Below, piece after piece: positions 36,470-50,450 of a DNA stretch of 64,000 nucleotides. Source of the DNA: Mobula hypostoma (lineage: Eukaryota); contig NC_086118.1 of the NCBI RefSeq assembly GCF_963921235.1, positions 23,748,001 to 23,812,000 of the forward strand. Direction: 5' to 3'. The notes beneath the pieces were generated by a model that was not told where the DNA came from, made no database searches, and saw only the letters and a list, made by a program, of their open reading frames with translations. Every line of letters begins with the position of its first letter. Positions within the stretch are counted from its first letter, which is position 1. Both the position numbers and the translations under genes were made by a program.

Positions 36470-37790
36470 TTCAAGATTCACGATTGAAGTACATGTAATA
36501 TCGAAGAATGTATAAATTATACAACCTTGAGATTTGCTTGCTCACACATAGCCAACTAAAGAAGAAAATTAATAAAAATATTAATAAAACACCCAATGCG
36601 CAAGAGAAAGGGGAAAAAAACACAAATCGTGCCATCAATTGAAGCAAACAACAACATTCCGAGCCAGAATGGAGTCCTCAGATCCGAACCCCGGAGCAGC
36701 CTGGAGTAGGCCCAAAGCCCTTAATATCAGTTCATCATAATAGCAGGCACAGAGCACAGCAGCTAGGGCAGTCTTTATAGCATTAGCACTACAGAGAGAG
36801 GAGTGACCCTTGCGGAAAGCAAGCGAAATCGGCTCTCACCCTGGATCCCAACATCCTGTCGTTTCAGTCTCCTAGTTTAAAGTGACCAAACAATAGAACA
36901 GCGAGAGGCTCTGGCATCCTGGAGGGAGGAGAGAACATCGCGGACAGCAAGCAAAATCTGCTCTCGCCTCTGATTGGGGCGGTATTTAAATTACCTAATC
37001 AATGAATTGTACCTCGCACTAGTACCCAGCCACCATTGCAGCAAAAGACTCTGGGCCTAGCCCACGCTGCCCAGTGACTTGCTCCAGGCCCAGATTTCGC
37101 TACCCAGACTGATGCTGCTCTCAAGCCCTTCAAAAATCAAGGTACATTTGTTACCATATACAACCCTGTGATTCATTTTCTTGTGGCCATTCACAGTAAA
37201 CACAAAGAAACACAATAGAATCAATGAAAGACTGCACACAAGACAAACAACCAATGCGCAAAATGCAACAAACTGCAAATACAAAAAGAAAAAATACTAA
37301 AAATAATAATAATAAATAAATAGGCAATAAATATTGAGAACAGTAGATGAGAGTTCCTGAAAGTGAGACCATAGATTGATACAAAGATTCAAATCACATT
37401 TATTATCAAAGATGTATAAATTACATATGTTGAAATTTGTCTGCTATAGGCAGCCACAAAACCTGAGTAACCCAATTAAATAAAGACCAAAAACCAGTGC
37501 ACAGAGAAAAAGAGAGCAAACAAAAATCATACATCATGCAAATAATAGAAACAAGCCAACAGCATCCCAAAACAAACCAAGTCCCAGATCTCGGAGCAGC
37601 TGGATTTGGTGGGTTGTTGAAACTTTTGGAGTCTATATTCCGTCTCTCTAATTAGGCCTAAGCCTCGGACCCCGAGGGGCAGAAATGCACAGCAGATTGT
37701 CCAAGCAACACTTAGATTGTCCAAGCACCGAGTAGTGTCACATTCTAGGACCTGGATCCCTGTACCCCAATATGTTCAGGCCACCCAGAC
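36470..37790 (-). mobile_element. Cluster of three LINE-tailed non-coding repeats (about 36470-37130, 37130-37375, 37380-37790)
   Basis: Each begins on the plus strand with a TTCAA..TACATTT.TTATC..TATACAACC-type tail. Confidence 0.6.
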
Positions 37791-37809
37791 TGAAGCTGTT
37801 TTGCATTGG

Positions 37810-38230
37810 AGATCAGTGGAGACCATTCTGACTGACTGTTAGGTAGGCTCCATTACACTGGATCACAAGAGGATTATAGACCCAGCTAACTCTATCATGA
37901 GCACAAACCTCCATGCCATCAAGGACATTCTCAAGAGGTGGTGACTCAAGAGAGCAGTATCCATTATTAAAGACTCACCATCTGGGACATCACTTTTTTT
38001 TGCATTACTATAATGAGAAAGGAGATACAGGAGCCTGAAGACTCACTCAACATTTTAACAACAGCTTCTTCCCAGTCCATGAGCCCATGAATACTAGCTC
38101 ATTAGATGTATTTTGCATGAATATTTATTTTTACAACAAAATAATTTATATGTTGCACTGTAATGCTACCCCAAAACAACAAACTTCACAGCATACTCTG
38201 TCAGTGATAATAAACCCGATTCTGCTTCTG
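37810..38230 (+). mobile_element. Rex1/Babar-like LINE 3' fragment
   Basis: GCAGTATCCATTATTAAAGAC..TACAGGAGCCTGAAGAC as in other copies. Confidence 0.7.
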
Positions 38231-38244
38231 AAAAGTAATATTAA

Positions 38245-39195
38245 AATTCAAAGAAAATTTATTATTGAAATACATATATGTCACCATATACAACCCTGAG
38301 ATTGATTTTCTTGAAGGCAATCACCATATACGCAGGAAACACAATAGAATGAATGAAAGACTGTGTCCAACAGAATGGACAACAACCAATGTGCAAAAAA
38401 ACTAATAATAATAATAAATAAATAAACAATAAATATCGAAAACATGAGATGCAAAGTTCTTGAAGGCGAGTCCATAGGTTGTGGGAACAGTTCAATGATG
38501 GGGTGAGTGAAGTTAAGTGAAATTATCCCCTTTAGTTCAAGAGTCTGATGGTTAAGGTATAACGAATATTCCTGAACCTTGTGGTGTGGGTCCTGGGACT
38601 CCTGAACATTCTCCCTGATGGTAGCAGCAAGTAGAGAGCCTGGATGGTGGAGGTCCTTGGTGATGGCTGCTATGTTCCTGCAACTGGACTCCATATAAAT
38701 GTGTTTAATGGTCTTATGTGCTTATGTCTCATGGTCTTATGGTCTTAATGGTGGGGAGGACTTTACCTGTGATGGATGAGGCTGTATCTACTACTTCTTG
38801 TAGTCTTTTCCATGCAAGGACATTGGTGTTTCCATTCCAGAATGTGATGCAACCAATGCATATACTCTCCACCACACGTCTATAGAGATTTGTCAAAGTT
38901 TTTTAAGACATGCAAATTCTTTACAAACTTTTAAGAAAGCAGAGGTGCTGTCGTGCATTCTTCGTAATGGCATTTACGTGCTGGACTGAAGACAGATCCT
39001 CTGAAATGACAACATTGAGGAATTTAAAGTTGTTGATCATCATCCACCTTGATCCCCTGATGAGCACTGGCTCATGGACCTCTGTTTTACCCCTCCTAAA
39101 GTCAATAACCGTCTCCCTAGTCTTGCTGATCTTGAGTGAGAGGTTCATGTTGTGGCTCCAATCAGCCAGATTTTCAGTCTCCCTCCTGTATCTCA
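38245..39195 (-). mobile_element. Rex1/Babar-like LINE 3' fragment
   Basis: YRRETENLADWSHNMNLSLKISKTRETVIDFRR..FKFLNVVISEDL. Confidence 0.85.
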
Positions 39196-39484
39196 TATAA
39201 ATGAGAATGAAGATTTAGAAATATGAAAGAAGTATTTGAAGTTGATCAGACTATAGAATAATATGAAAGTTGAGCCCGTTCCAGAGTTAGAGATACACTG
39301 AATCAAATCATTGATTTTTCTGGTGTTCAGTTAGGAAAAGGTATTTGCTATCCTTGGCTTGGTTTTAGATAAGGAATCATGGTGTCTGTCTTGGAGCTGG
39401 GGCTACCAATGATATGCTGATGTTGTGATAAATGTCCCATACATGAAATCTGACCGAATGAAAAATGTGCTGTACCCTTTGTAT

Positions 39485-39970
39485 CATAAAATCATAAGAC
39501 CAAGGAGCAGAATTAGGCCATTCAGCCCAGCAAGTCTGCTCTGCCATTCCATCATGACTGATTTATTTTCCCTCTCAACCTCAACCTCCTGCCTTCTCTC
39601 CTTAATCTTTGGTACCTTTTCTAATCAGGAACCTATCAATCTCTGCTTTAAATACAGTATACTCAATGAATTGGCCTCCACAGCCATTTGTAGCAATGAA
39701 TTCCACAGATTCACCACCCTCTGGCTGAAGAAATTCTTCTTCATCTCTTTTCTAAAAGGGACATCCTTCTGTTAAGGCTGTGTCCTCCGGTCCCAGACTT
39801 TCCCTCTACAGGAAAGATTCTCTCCATTGTACCTTTGCCTTTCAATATTTGATAGGTTTCAAAGAGATCCTCGTCATTCTTCTACACTCCAGTGACTACA
39901 GGCCCAGAGCCTCATGCATTAACCCTTTCATTTCTGGGTTTATTCTCATGAACCTCCTCTGGATCCTTTC
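39485..39970 (-). mobile_element. CR1 LINE 3' fragment
   Basis: GAATTCCACAGATTCACCACCCTCTGGCTGAAGAAATTC; GGAGCAGAATTAGGCCATTCAGCCC end. Confidence 0.8.
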
Positions 39971-41191
39971 TGCATGCTGGGTAAAAGACAAATTGGGAGA
40001 TGGATTATGGAGGCCTTTATGGGTAAGGGATAGAGAAGAGATCTTTGTTACAGATATTTTGGTAATATTAACATTTGTGTTAGATTCACAAGGAATGTAA
40101 TTGCTGTTATTGCAACATTATGATTACAATCTCAGCTTTCCCACTAATTGTGTATATTATTATCCGATGATTCTCCAGATGCATCGAAGTTGGTGAGAGT
40201 TAATATTGTAATACTGTAAAAGATGACAGAGACTTGTAAATTCAATTTTAATCTGGTTTTTAGGTAAATGTGGTCTTATTGCTATCATTGGTGAAGAATC
40301 CATGTATGGGATTGTGTTCCTAACTTGCAACAGAAAAGACTATAAAATTTGTCTTTGTACCACTTATGATTGGAAGATGTTGATGCATCTGATAAATTAA
40401 ACTAGAGAGAGAACCCTTTGTCCAACGGCTGCAATGATGTTAAACCCTTGGTAGCATTAAAGTATTTAGGCTTGCAGCAACAAATTCTTGCTGACAGTCC
40501 TCTTGAATTGAGGGTCTTGGCTGTTTCTCATTTGAACTCAATGGCAACAACAACAACTATGTCCCCCACCTCCCCCGAAAAGTTCTATAATTACTGTAAT
40601 TCATAATAAAACTTTCCTCAAAACCTGTCTGGCACATTTCCAATATGGTGTTAAATAGCTTTCTTCTTTCTCATGCTTCAAAGAAAATCCTTAAAGCTTA
40701 TGGTTGATGAAATTTCACCCAACAAAAATATTTCCCTGTGCTTTTTAAAAGTTAATTTCTTTTCATTTGTTCCTTGAAACCATTCCAGTCCTTAGAACTT
40801 TTTGAGAAATTGTCGAGGGAAGTAGCATGAGTTCATTCATCTCAGTTTAGGGGCTAAACTGTTTCTGGTTGGGATTTCCATAGTTGATACAGTGAAAATT
40901 GGGAGAAGTTGAATTAATCCGTTGGCCCAGATATTCAGAGTATCTGCATCTACACTTAAAATATTGCTATCTCTTGCCATAGCTAAATGTTCCTTCTTCA
41001 ACTCTAAATTTGACATAAAAAGATTCATCCAGTATGCTTTTCCTCTAATTTGATTCCTGTTAAATTCATGGTTGAAGCTTACCTTCTATAAATGTATTCA
41101 AAGTGTTAGATTGTTGGGCATAAACCACAGAGCAGAAAATAAGTAGGAATAAACATGAAGATAATTCCACTGTCATAATTCTCTTGTACCA

Positions 41192-41575
41192 GATTCAGAA
41201 TCAGGTTTAATATCACTGACGTATATCGTGAAATATATTGTTTTGCAGCAGCAGTATAGTGCAATACATAGAAATATTATAAATTACAACTATAAAAATA
41301 TATAATTTTGGCATTTTCTCCCTCCTTTCTCAGTCCCGAAGAAGGGTCTCGCCCTGAGACGTTGACTATCAATTAATTTCCATAGATGCTGCCTGACCTG
41401 CTGAGTTCCTCCAACATATTACAGTATATATGTTGAAATATATGTAAATTAAATAAGTAGTGCAAAAATAGATTAAAAATCGTAAGATAGTGTTCATGAG
41501 TTGGTTCATTGTCCACTCAGAAATCTAATGACAAACGGGAAGAAGCTGTTCCTAAAACTCTTCAGGCTCCTGTTT
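41192..41575 (-). mobile_element. Rex1-like tail with an internal plus-strand Penelope tail piece (about 41305-41415)
   Basis: AGAATCAGGTTTAATATCACTGAC tail; decayed hammerhead at 41332-41367. Confidence 0.65.
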
Positions 41576-43749
41576 AAGTTGTTTGAGTTCACACAAATGC
41601 CTGCAGCCCATCATTATCCATCATGGACTGGAACCCAATCTATGTTTCTGAACTGTTTTGTGATAAAATGCAATAATAAATTATTTTTTATGTTAAGATA
41701 TAACTGATAATATCTTATGATACAAGTCCCTGCACAAAACCAAGACCACTAAACTCTCAGCCATTGACTAAACTAATGTTCACACAGTTGAAAGCAAAAA
41801 AAAGTCTAATTGATGAATTACCACAATACCATTTATGACCCTGTAGACTTACAGCCAGACACACAGCTTGTGAAATAAATCATAGACTTGTGAACTAATT
41901 TAAGATTTTTCTGCATTTTTGTGAGGGGTATTAGCTCAAATCCCCTTCATGTAACATGGAGCGCATTGGTTGATTGCAGGCAATTGTATGAGCACAGATA
42001 ACTTAAAGAAAATGATAGCTTTGGGTTCAGGCTAGAAACTTTCCATCTCCACCTCAAAACTGAAGTGGATTACAATTGCAGTTTATGCTGGAGTTGCTTC
42101 TTTGGTGAACAATATTGATTTTGAAATCAAATTAGAGGGACCACAATGCAGCTTTAATACATCTCCTTCAAAGGGTAGTAAAAATAACTTAAATAATGTA
42201 ATACTTTTTTTCTGAATATGAAGACGGTTCTCTCATTATTAATTCCTATGCATAATGAGAGCAAATCTGTTTTAAAGGCACAAACAACATAAGTTAGAAA
42301 GAACAAAGTGGTGTTGAAAATGGACAGCAGAAAGGTAAGAAGCAGCAAGTGGTCACAGGATAAAAATCCTCAACTTCAAAGCTCACAACTAAAGGGCATT
42401 TGGTAGCAATCATGTGAAACGCAGTCTGTTGACTGCTATTTATGGCTTGGGTTTCAGTCCTGTTATCCGATACCTTTTTAACAATGCTGGCATTGGTGAT
42501 AACATACAGCTGTTACAGACTACACTGGCCTGCTACGAGCAGTATCTCAATGGAACAGGAAATACAGTAGACCCGCTTTATAAGGCTGCCTTTGGGAGTC
42601 ATCCATAAAGTGTGTTAAAGAGGGGCTGTTTTATACAGGTTCTTATTAGAGTGGGAAGAATATCAGTGTATGCTAATAGAAGCTGTGATATTTGAGAGAA
42701 CTTTAAAAAGGGGAGTACATAAGGTGTAAATACACTTTATACCTTCTGTGAGAACATCTGAATAAAAGTTTATTTTATTTTCAACAGCAATTATTTCTCT
42801 TCAAATTTTTCTGCTGTTAATTATTGAAGATAGTGGTCATCAGTTTGTATTCCAGATTGTCTCCCACAAACTGAGGATGATGTTTTCCTTTACCCTTGCA
42901 TGGAAACCCTTTGGCTGTTTAACCTTATGACCAGTGCTTGAATTCTTCATTTTGGATTTCGGTTCATTTCAGGGTTTTTTTAAAAATCAGTTTTTATTAG
43001 CAGTGAATAATTTTGTTTTTCAGTCAAAAGATGATCGATATTTGGTCTCAACGAAGCACAACTAAATCAAAATTGTTGGCAACGACAACACACAAGGATT
43101 ATGAGGTGGTAATAATTTGTACTCATTTCATTGTTTGAGCCCTGACACTTTTATCTTACAAATATTTTGATGTTTCATACATATAAAAGCTAAACTATAG
43201 ATATAATAATTTGAAAATAATTAACATATATCCATATTTAAAACCAGCATTAATGTGCAGGTGCCACATTTAGGATTTAAAGGCTACGGTGTAGTAAATT
43301 ATGGAAGATCCAAGAACATAGACCAGGCAGTATTCTGTCCTGATACTTCATTCAGTAAGATCTAATCTTGTCCTCACATCTATTTTCCTGTCTGTAACCT
43401 GTAGACATTGGCTTTCTTTAACATTGTAGACATGGAAATCCTTGTTTAGAATTCTTACCAAACTCACTTCTCGTTCAGTCCATGATTATATCCTGAAGAA
43501 CATTGCTATAAACAGATTTCCCACCTGGTGTCCTTGGACCCTTTAGGTAATGTTAGGGATCAATAACATAGAACATATTTGGGGAGCCCTGTTCTAAAAG
43601 GATGACCCTGAGATTCATAGAATAGGGGCAATCTAAGAGGAGAGATTGAGCAGGCTAGGCTATAGTCTCTGGAGTTTAAAAGACTGATAGATGACCTTGT
43701 TAAAATATCATAAATTTCTTAGTGTCTCGACACAATAGAGACAGGATTG

Positions 43750-45130
43750 ATACCATAAAACATAGAACAGTACAGCACAGGAACAGGCTCTTTGGCCCAC
43801 AATGTTGTGCCAAATTAATACAATTAGTAATCAAATGGCTAACTAAACGTTTCTTAAAAGCCCCTAATGATTCTGCCTCTACCAGCACCTCAGGCAGTGC
43901 ATTCCAGACACCCACCACTCTCTGTGCAAGAAAACTGCCCCTCACATCTCCTCTGAAATTAACCCCTCTCACCTAGATGCTTGGATAAAGATATTGTTTG
44001 TCTTATCTGTCTATGCTTCTCATGATTTTATAAACCTCTATCAGTTCTCACCTCAGCCTCCGCTGCTCCAGAGAAAACAACACAAGTTTGTCCCACATCT
44101 CGTTATACAACATGTCTTCTAATCCGGGCAGCACCCTGGTAAGCCTCTTCTTCGCCTTGCCAAAGCCTCGAAGTATTTCCTATAATATTGCGGCCAGAAC
44201 TCTATGTAATATTTTAGAGTTTTATAAAGCTGCAACATATTTTCCTAACTTCTGAAATCAATGCCTCCACTAAGAAAAGCAAGCATATTACATACCTTGT
44301 TAACCACCCTATCAACCTGTGCAGCCACTTTCAGGGAGTTATGAACTTGGACCCCTTGAAATTGGACTCAAGTTTCCTAGGTTTTATATACTTTTCTTTT
44401 TCCTTCTTGAATAAATTCATCACCACTCTTGACATCTAAGGTTCGCTTACATTACCATCCTTGTTCTTCCTTCTGACAGGAACACACCTGTCCTGTACTC
44501 TGTGTAGTTGGTCTTTAAACACCCTCCATGTGTCCGATCTGGACTTGCCCAAAAACAGCTGTTCTCAATTAACACTCCCTAGCTCTTGCCTCATGGTCTC
44601 ATAATTAGCCCTGCTCCAAGCTGTAATATTCTCCTGAAAGGTCCATACTTATCCTTATCTATAGCTATCTTAAAACTTAAGGAGCTATGGTCACTGTTCT
44701 CCCTCTGAAAGGTCAGGCTCATTACCCAACATCAGGTTCAGTATAGACCCTTCCTCTTGTTGGACTATCTACATATTGATTTAAGAAACCTTCCTGAATG
44801 CACCTAACAAAGTCTTCCCCATCTAAACCTCTTGCATTCAGAATTTCCCAGTTTATATCAGGGAAGCTGAAGAACTCATGACAACAACCTTATTGTTTTC
44901 ACACTTTTCCTTAATCTGTCTGCGTATCTGTTCCTCAGTGTCAGGGTGGCTACTTGGGGAGTCTATAGTACAATTCCATCAAAGTGATTGTACCTTTTCT
45001 ATTTTTGAGTTCTACCCATCAAGACTCATTGGGACAACCCCTCCATATGACCCCTTTGAGTGCAGCCGTGATATTGTCTCCAACAGTAGTGCAACTCCCC
45101 CATCTCTTTTTCCTCCCTCTCTATCTTTTC
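43750..45130 (-). mobile_element. CR1 LINE fragments
   Basis: FRGDVRGSFLAQRVVGVWNALPEV; AACATAGAACAGTACAGCACAGG tail. Confidence 0.8.
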
Positions 45131-45148
45131 CATGTCAAACAGAACATA

Positions 45149-45769
45149 TGAAGGGTGAGTGATAAGTTTGTGGCCTAAGGTAGAAGGAGTCAATTTTAGA
45201 AACCTAGCACATTTATTTTTCCACGTTTACACACTTAGACCAGATGTCGTGGAGCATACAGATCCCTTCCTTGCTAAAGTCGGCGTCTTGGACCTCCAGA
45301 AGTGGTCCACAGCAGGGGTGATTGATAAGTTCGTGACCTAAGGTAGAAGGAGATGAGTTACGAACTTCAAACTTTCAGCATTTTCACTCAAAGAGTTGAA
45401 CTGTACATGCATGTAATGAGAGCTGTATAACTCATCTCCTTCTACCTTAGGTCATGAACTTATCAATCACCCCTCCTGTGGACCACCTGGAGGTCCAAGA
45501 CGCTCTCATTACACGCACGTGCAGTTCAACTCTTTGAGTGATATTGCAGAAAGTTTGAAGTTAATAACTCATCTCCTTCTGCCTTAGGCCATGAACTTAT
45601 CAATCACCCCCACTGTGGACCACTTCTACAAAGAAGGGATCCGTATGCTCCTCGACCGCTGGACTAAGTGTGAACGTGTAGGAGGGGACTATGTTGAAAA
45701 ATAAATGTACTAGGTTTTCTAAAATTGACTCCTTCTACCTTAGGCTACGAACTTATCAATCACCCCTTG
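45149..45769. mobile_element. Mariner-derived palindromic MITE
   Basis: Long inverted arms; left TA, right CA; transposase C-terminus FYKEGIRMLLDRWTKCERVGGDYVEK* at 45624-45704; inserted in a CR1 tail. Confidence 0.85.
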
Positions 45770-46810
45770 CAGAATATAGAACAGAATAGCACAACACGTT
45801 CAACCCACGATGTTGTGCCAATCTTTTAACCTACTCCAAAGATCAATCTAACCCTTCCCTTGCACATAGCCCTCCATTCTTTCACCCATGTAACTACTTA
45901 AGAGTCCACTAAATGTCCCTAATGGATCCTCGACCACCACCCCTGCATTGCATTCCATGCACTTGCCACTCCTGTGTAAACAACCTATCTCTGACATTCC
46001 CCCTACATTTTCTTCCCATCACCTTAAAATTATGTCCTTTCCTATTAACCATTGCCACTCTGGGAGAAAGCAGCTGGCTGTCCACTCTAGCTATTCCTCT
46101 TCCAATCTTACACACCTCTGCTACAACTCAACCATCTTATTGCAACTCAGCCTATTCTCAAAAGACATCTCTAATCCAACATCATCCTGGTATATCTCCT
46201 CTGCAGGCTCTCTAAAGCGTACACATCCTTCCTATAATGAGGCGACTAGGATTGAACAAAATACTCCAAGTGTGGTCTAACCAGAGCTTTCTGGAGCAAC
46301 AACATTACCATGTGGTTCTTTAACTCAGTCCCCCAACTCATGAAGGCCAACACTATATGCCTTTTAGGAACCATATCAACTTGCATGTCAACTTGGAGAG
46401 ATTTACGGGTGTGGAGCCCAAAGTCCCTCTGTTTCTCCACACTGATAAGATTCTTGCCTTTAACCTTATTCTCTGCCTTCAGGCTTCTCCAGGTTGAACT
46501 CCATCTGCCACTTCTCAGCTCAACCCTACATCCTATCAGTGTCTTGTTGTAATTTATGATTTTTTTTTTACACTATCCATATCACCAGCAACCTTCATGT
46601 GATCTGCAAACTTACTAACCCACTCTTACACTTTTGAATCCAAATCACTTATAATAATCAAAAAGAGCAGAGATATCAGTATAGATCCCTGGAGAAGATC
46701 ACTGGTCACCAACCTCAGTGCAGAATATGCTCCATATACTACCACCCTCTGCCTTCAGTCAGCAAGCTGATACTGAATTCATGCAGACAAGTTTTCATGG
46801 ATTCCATGAT
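45770..46810 (-). mobile_element. CR1 LINE 3' fragment
   Basis: QRDFGL..SLQV.MQV..; KALVRPHLEYFVQ. Confidence 0.8.
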
Positions 46811-47004
46811 CTCAAATAGCATTGGGTCATGGGATATACAATGAACTGAGTATACACACAAGAAAGGTCGAGTTTATTGAAGATTTTCATACCTGCAAAC
46901 TCTACGGGCAAGTCTTCGGATGTAGATGGGGCTATTCACAGTTTTCTGTTCTTTTTCCCAAGGTAATATTATATTCTCCACAGAGGTGGATGACCTTGTC
47001 CTAT

Positions 47005-47505
47005 TTACTTTACTTTATTGTCACCAAACAATTGATAATAGAACGTATAATCATCACAGCGATATCTGATTCTGCACTTCACGCTCCCTGGAGTACAAAT
47101 CGATAGTAAATAGTAAAAATTTAAGTTATAAGTCATAAATAGAAAATAGAAAAGGGAAAGTAAGATAGTGCAAAAAACCGAGAGGCAGGTCCGGATATCT
47201 GGTGGGTACGGCCCAGATCTGGGTCAGGATCCATTCAGCAGTCTTATCACAGTTGGAAAGAAGCTGTTCCCAAATCTGGCCGTATGAGTCTTCAAGCTCT
47301 TGAGCCTTCTCCCAGAGGGAAGAGGGATGAAAAGTGTGTTGGCTGGGTAGGTCGTGTCCTTGATTATCCTGGCAGCACTGCTCCGACAGCGTGCGGTGTA
47401 AAGTGAGTCCAAGGATGGAAGATTGGTTTGTGTGATGTGCTGCGCCGTGTTCATGATCTTCTGCAGCTTCTTCCGGTCTTGGACAGGACAACTTCCATAC
47501 CAGGT
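47005..47505 (-). mobile_element. Rex1/Babar-like LINE 3' end
   Basis: TAQHITQTNLPSLDSLY..LPSGRRLKSLKTHTARFGNSFFPTVIRLLN. Confidence 0.88.
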
Positions 47506-47589
47506 AGTTGTGGATGTTTGAGATGTAATTCATTTAATCAGTTATAATTTCATTAATACTCATTGTGTTATTATTTTTTTCAACTCCTT

Positions 47590-48255
47590 TTATTTTTGTG
47601 TTTGGAGGACACATGGAACAGGTTCAGATCAGGCCAATCAGGCGATCTGGCGCCTTGCAGTCTCTGAGAGAGTTCTGTGAGGCTGCGTTCAAAGCGAGCA
47701 GCATGGAGGCCAGGAAGCCCGTGATCAACTCCATCTTGCTAATTAATGTGCCAATGAAGAATGAACTCGATGCCAAGGCCGAGAGATGTTCAGCACTGGT
47801 CTACTAGCCTCTCACTGGCTGCTCACGAAGGAAAGTCTTTGCTTTGAGTGTTCCCTCTCTCCCTCGATGCTGTCGGAGGATGGTGCCAGAGCAAGATTTA
47901 ATCAACGCAGCTTGTGGATTGTGGGCTCTCTTTCACCTTTATGATGTATTCTAGTTTCTGGTTGTTTTTTTTTTGTTGTGATGTTTGTGTCAGGGAGCCT
48001 GCAGGTAATGGACACTGAGATGAACTGAAATATGCCTTTTGATTTTATTGTCTTATATTCTGTGTTTTCCCTCATTATTTTGTTGCCATTTGCGTGATTT
48101 TTTTTTCGCATGGGGGGTGGTGTTTGCTGTGTTTTTTTGTCTTTTAACAGGTTCCATGGTTCTTTATTTTGTGTCTGTTTGTGTAGAAGACAAATTTCAG
48201 GGTTGTATACTGCATATATCCTTTGATAATAAATGTACTTCGGATCTTTGAACCT
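47590..48255 (+). mobile_element. Non-coding non-autonomous retroelement with LINE-type tail
   Basis: Ends AATTTCAGGGTTGTATAC..CTTTGATAATAAATGTACTT..TTTGAACC; 5' edge uncertain. Confidence 0.55.
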
Positions 48256-48954
48256 TGCCAAAAAAAAAAGATCAGGCACAGTTTTTTGATCATTTAACTT
48301 GTGGACTGTTGGGCTGTGATTGTTTTCATTGCAAGGCTATAACCATTTGTTACCACTATCATCTCCATGGGTGTATATAGTATTTAAAGCGTATCCTATT
48401 GTGATAGAACAGGTTGGCAATGAAAATTCTCCTGCTAATCTTGCCCCTTCTCCCAGTTGGTCACTCCTCATCATTCTGTCCCTAGTCTAGTTTCCCCAGT
48501 AATTCATAGTCTTTGCCCTCCCATTATATAATTCTTTGGAGTTTACTATTTACACACCCCAATAGTAAAACAATCACTAGCTTGGCTAATCGAATCAATT
48601 CCTTCAGTTAATGTGCTCTACTGGTTTATAGCTCAAAAACAAGCATTCTAGACACAGGCATTTTCTGTGTCATTTATTTTCACTCTCACTGTTACATTGG
48701 TTTATAGACAGCGGAATGGCCCCAAAAGACCCGAGAGACAGTTTGGGGCGTCCTAAAATAATGCCTGTGTTAGTGGGAGCAGGCGCACTACACCCTACCA
48801 GGCAGATTTAAACCTTCAGTTTGGCTTTGCTGGGAGGTGTGGAGGTTAGATTTGATGGTTGGTGAATAGTTATATCGGAAAATTAACAACATAGTGTGTT
48901 GTGGAGAAAGCCTCTGTATATTTGTAAATTTTTGTACACGTTTGTTTTCATTTA

Positions 48955-50450
48955 GAAACATAGAAACATAGAAAATACGTGCAGGAGTAGGCCATTCGGC
49001 CCTTCAAGCCTGCACCGCCATTCAGTATGATCATGGCTAGTCATCCAACTCAGAACCCTGTACCTGCCTTCTCTCCATACCCCCGATTCCTTTAGCCACA
49101 AGGGCCATATCTAACTCCCTCTTAAATATAGCCAATGAACTGGCCTCAACTGTCTTCTGTGGCAGAGAATTCCAGAGATTCACCACTCTCTGTGTGAAGA
49201 AGTTTTTCCTCATCTCGGTCCTAAAAGGCTTCCCCTTTATCCTTAAACTGTGACCCCTCATTCTGGACTTCCCCAACATCGGGAACAATCTTCCTGCATC
49301 TAGCCTGTCCAATCCCTTTAGAATTTTATACATTTCAATAAGATCCCCCTTCAATCTTCTAAATTCCAGCGAGTATAAGCCTAGTCGATCCAGTCTTTCA
49401 TCATATGAAAGTCCTGCCATCCCAGGATTCAATTTGGTGAACCTTCTCTGTACTTCCTCTATGGCAAGAATGTCTTTCCTCAGTTTAGAGGACCAAAATT
49501 GCACACAATTCTCCAGGTGTGGTCTCCGTGCTCCTGTACTCGAATCCTCTTGCTATGAATGCCAGCATACCATTCGCCTTTTTCACTGCCTGCTGTACCT
49601 GCATGCCCACTTTCAATGATTGGTGTATAATGACACCCAGGTCTCGTTGCACCTCCCCTTTTCCTAATCGGCCACCATTCAGATAATAATCTGTTTTCCT
49701 GTTCTTGCCATCAAAGTGGATAACCTCACATTTATCCACATTAAATTGCATCTGCCATGAATTTGCCCACTCACCTAACCTATGCAAGTCACTCTGCATC
49801 CTCTTAGCATCCAACTCACAGCTAACACTGCCGCCCAGCTTCGTGTCATCCGCAAACTTGGAGATGCTGCATTTAATTCCCTCATCTAAGTCGTTAATAT
49901 ATATTGTAAACAACTGGGGTCCCAGCACTGAGCTTTGCGGTACCCCACTAGTCACTGCCTGCCATTCTGAAAAGGTCCCGTTTACTCCCACTCTTTGCTT
50001 CCTGTCCGACAACCAATTCTCTATCCACATCTATACCATATCCCCAATACCATGTGCTTTAAGTTTGCACACTAATATCCTGTGTGGGACCCTGCCAAAA
50101 GCCTTTTGAAAATCCAAATATACCACACCCACTGGTTCTCCCCTATCCACTCTACTAGTTACATCCTCAAAAAATTCTATGAGATTCGTCAGACATGATT
50201 TTCCTTTCACAAATCCATGCTGACTTTGTCTGATGATTTCACCGCTTTCCAAATGTGCTGTTAGCACATCTTTGATAATTGACTCTAGCATTTTCCCCAC
50301 CACTGACGTTAGGCTAACCGGTCTATAATTCCCCGGTTTCTCTCTCCCTCCTTTTTTAAAAAGCGGGGTTACATTAGCCACCTTCCAATCCTCAGGAACT
50401 AGTCCAGAATCTAAAGAGTTTTGAAAAATTATCACTAATGCATCCATTTG
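48955..50450 (-). mobile_element. CR1 LINE, 5'-truncated, relatively young
   Basis: NYRPVSLTSVVGK, YLDFQKAF, GVPQSSVLGPQLF.IYINDL, KFADDTKL; (ATAGAAAC)n tail. Confidence 0.95.

Noticed and set aside
42414..42608. 64-aa ORF as a host exon
   Set aside because: Non-ATG start, no recognisable domain and no convincing splice sites
45149..45769. CRISPR-like array of ~40-bp repeats
   Set aside because: Units are in mixed orientation inside a palindrome with mariner transposase sequence; eukaryotic context with no cas genes
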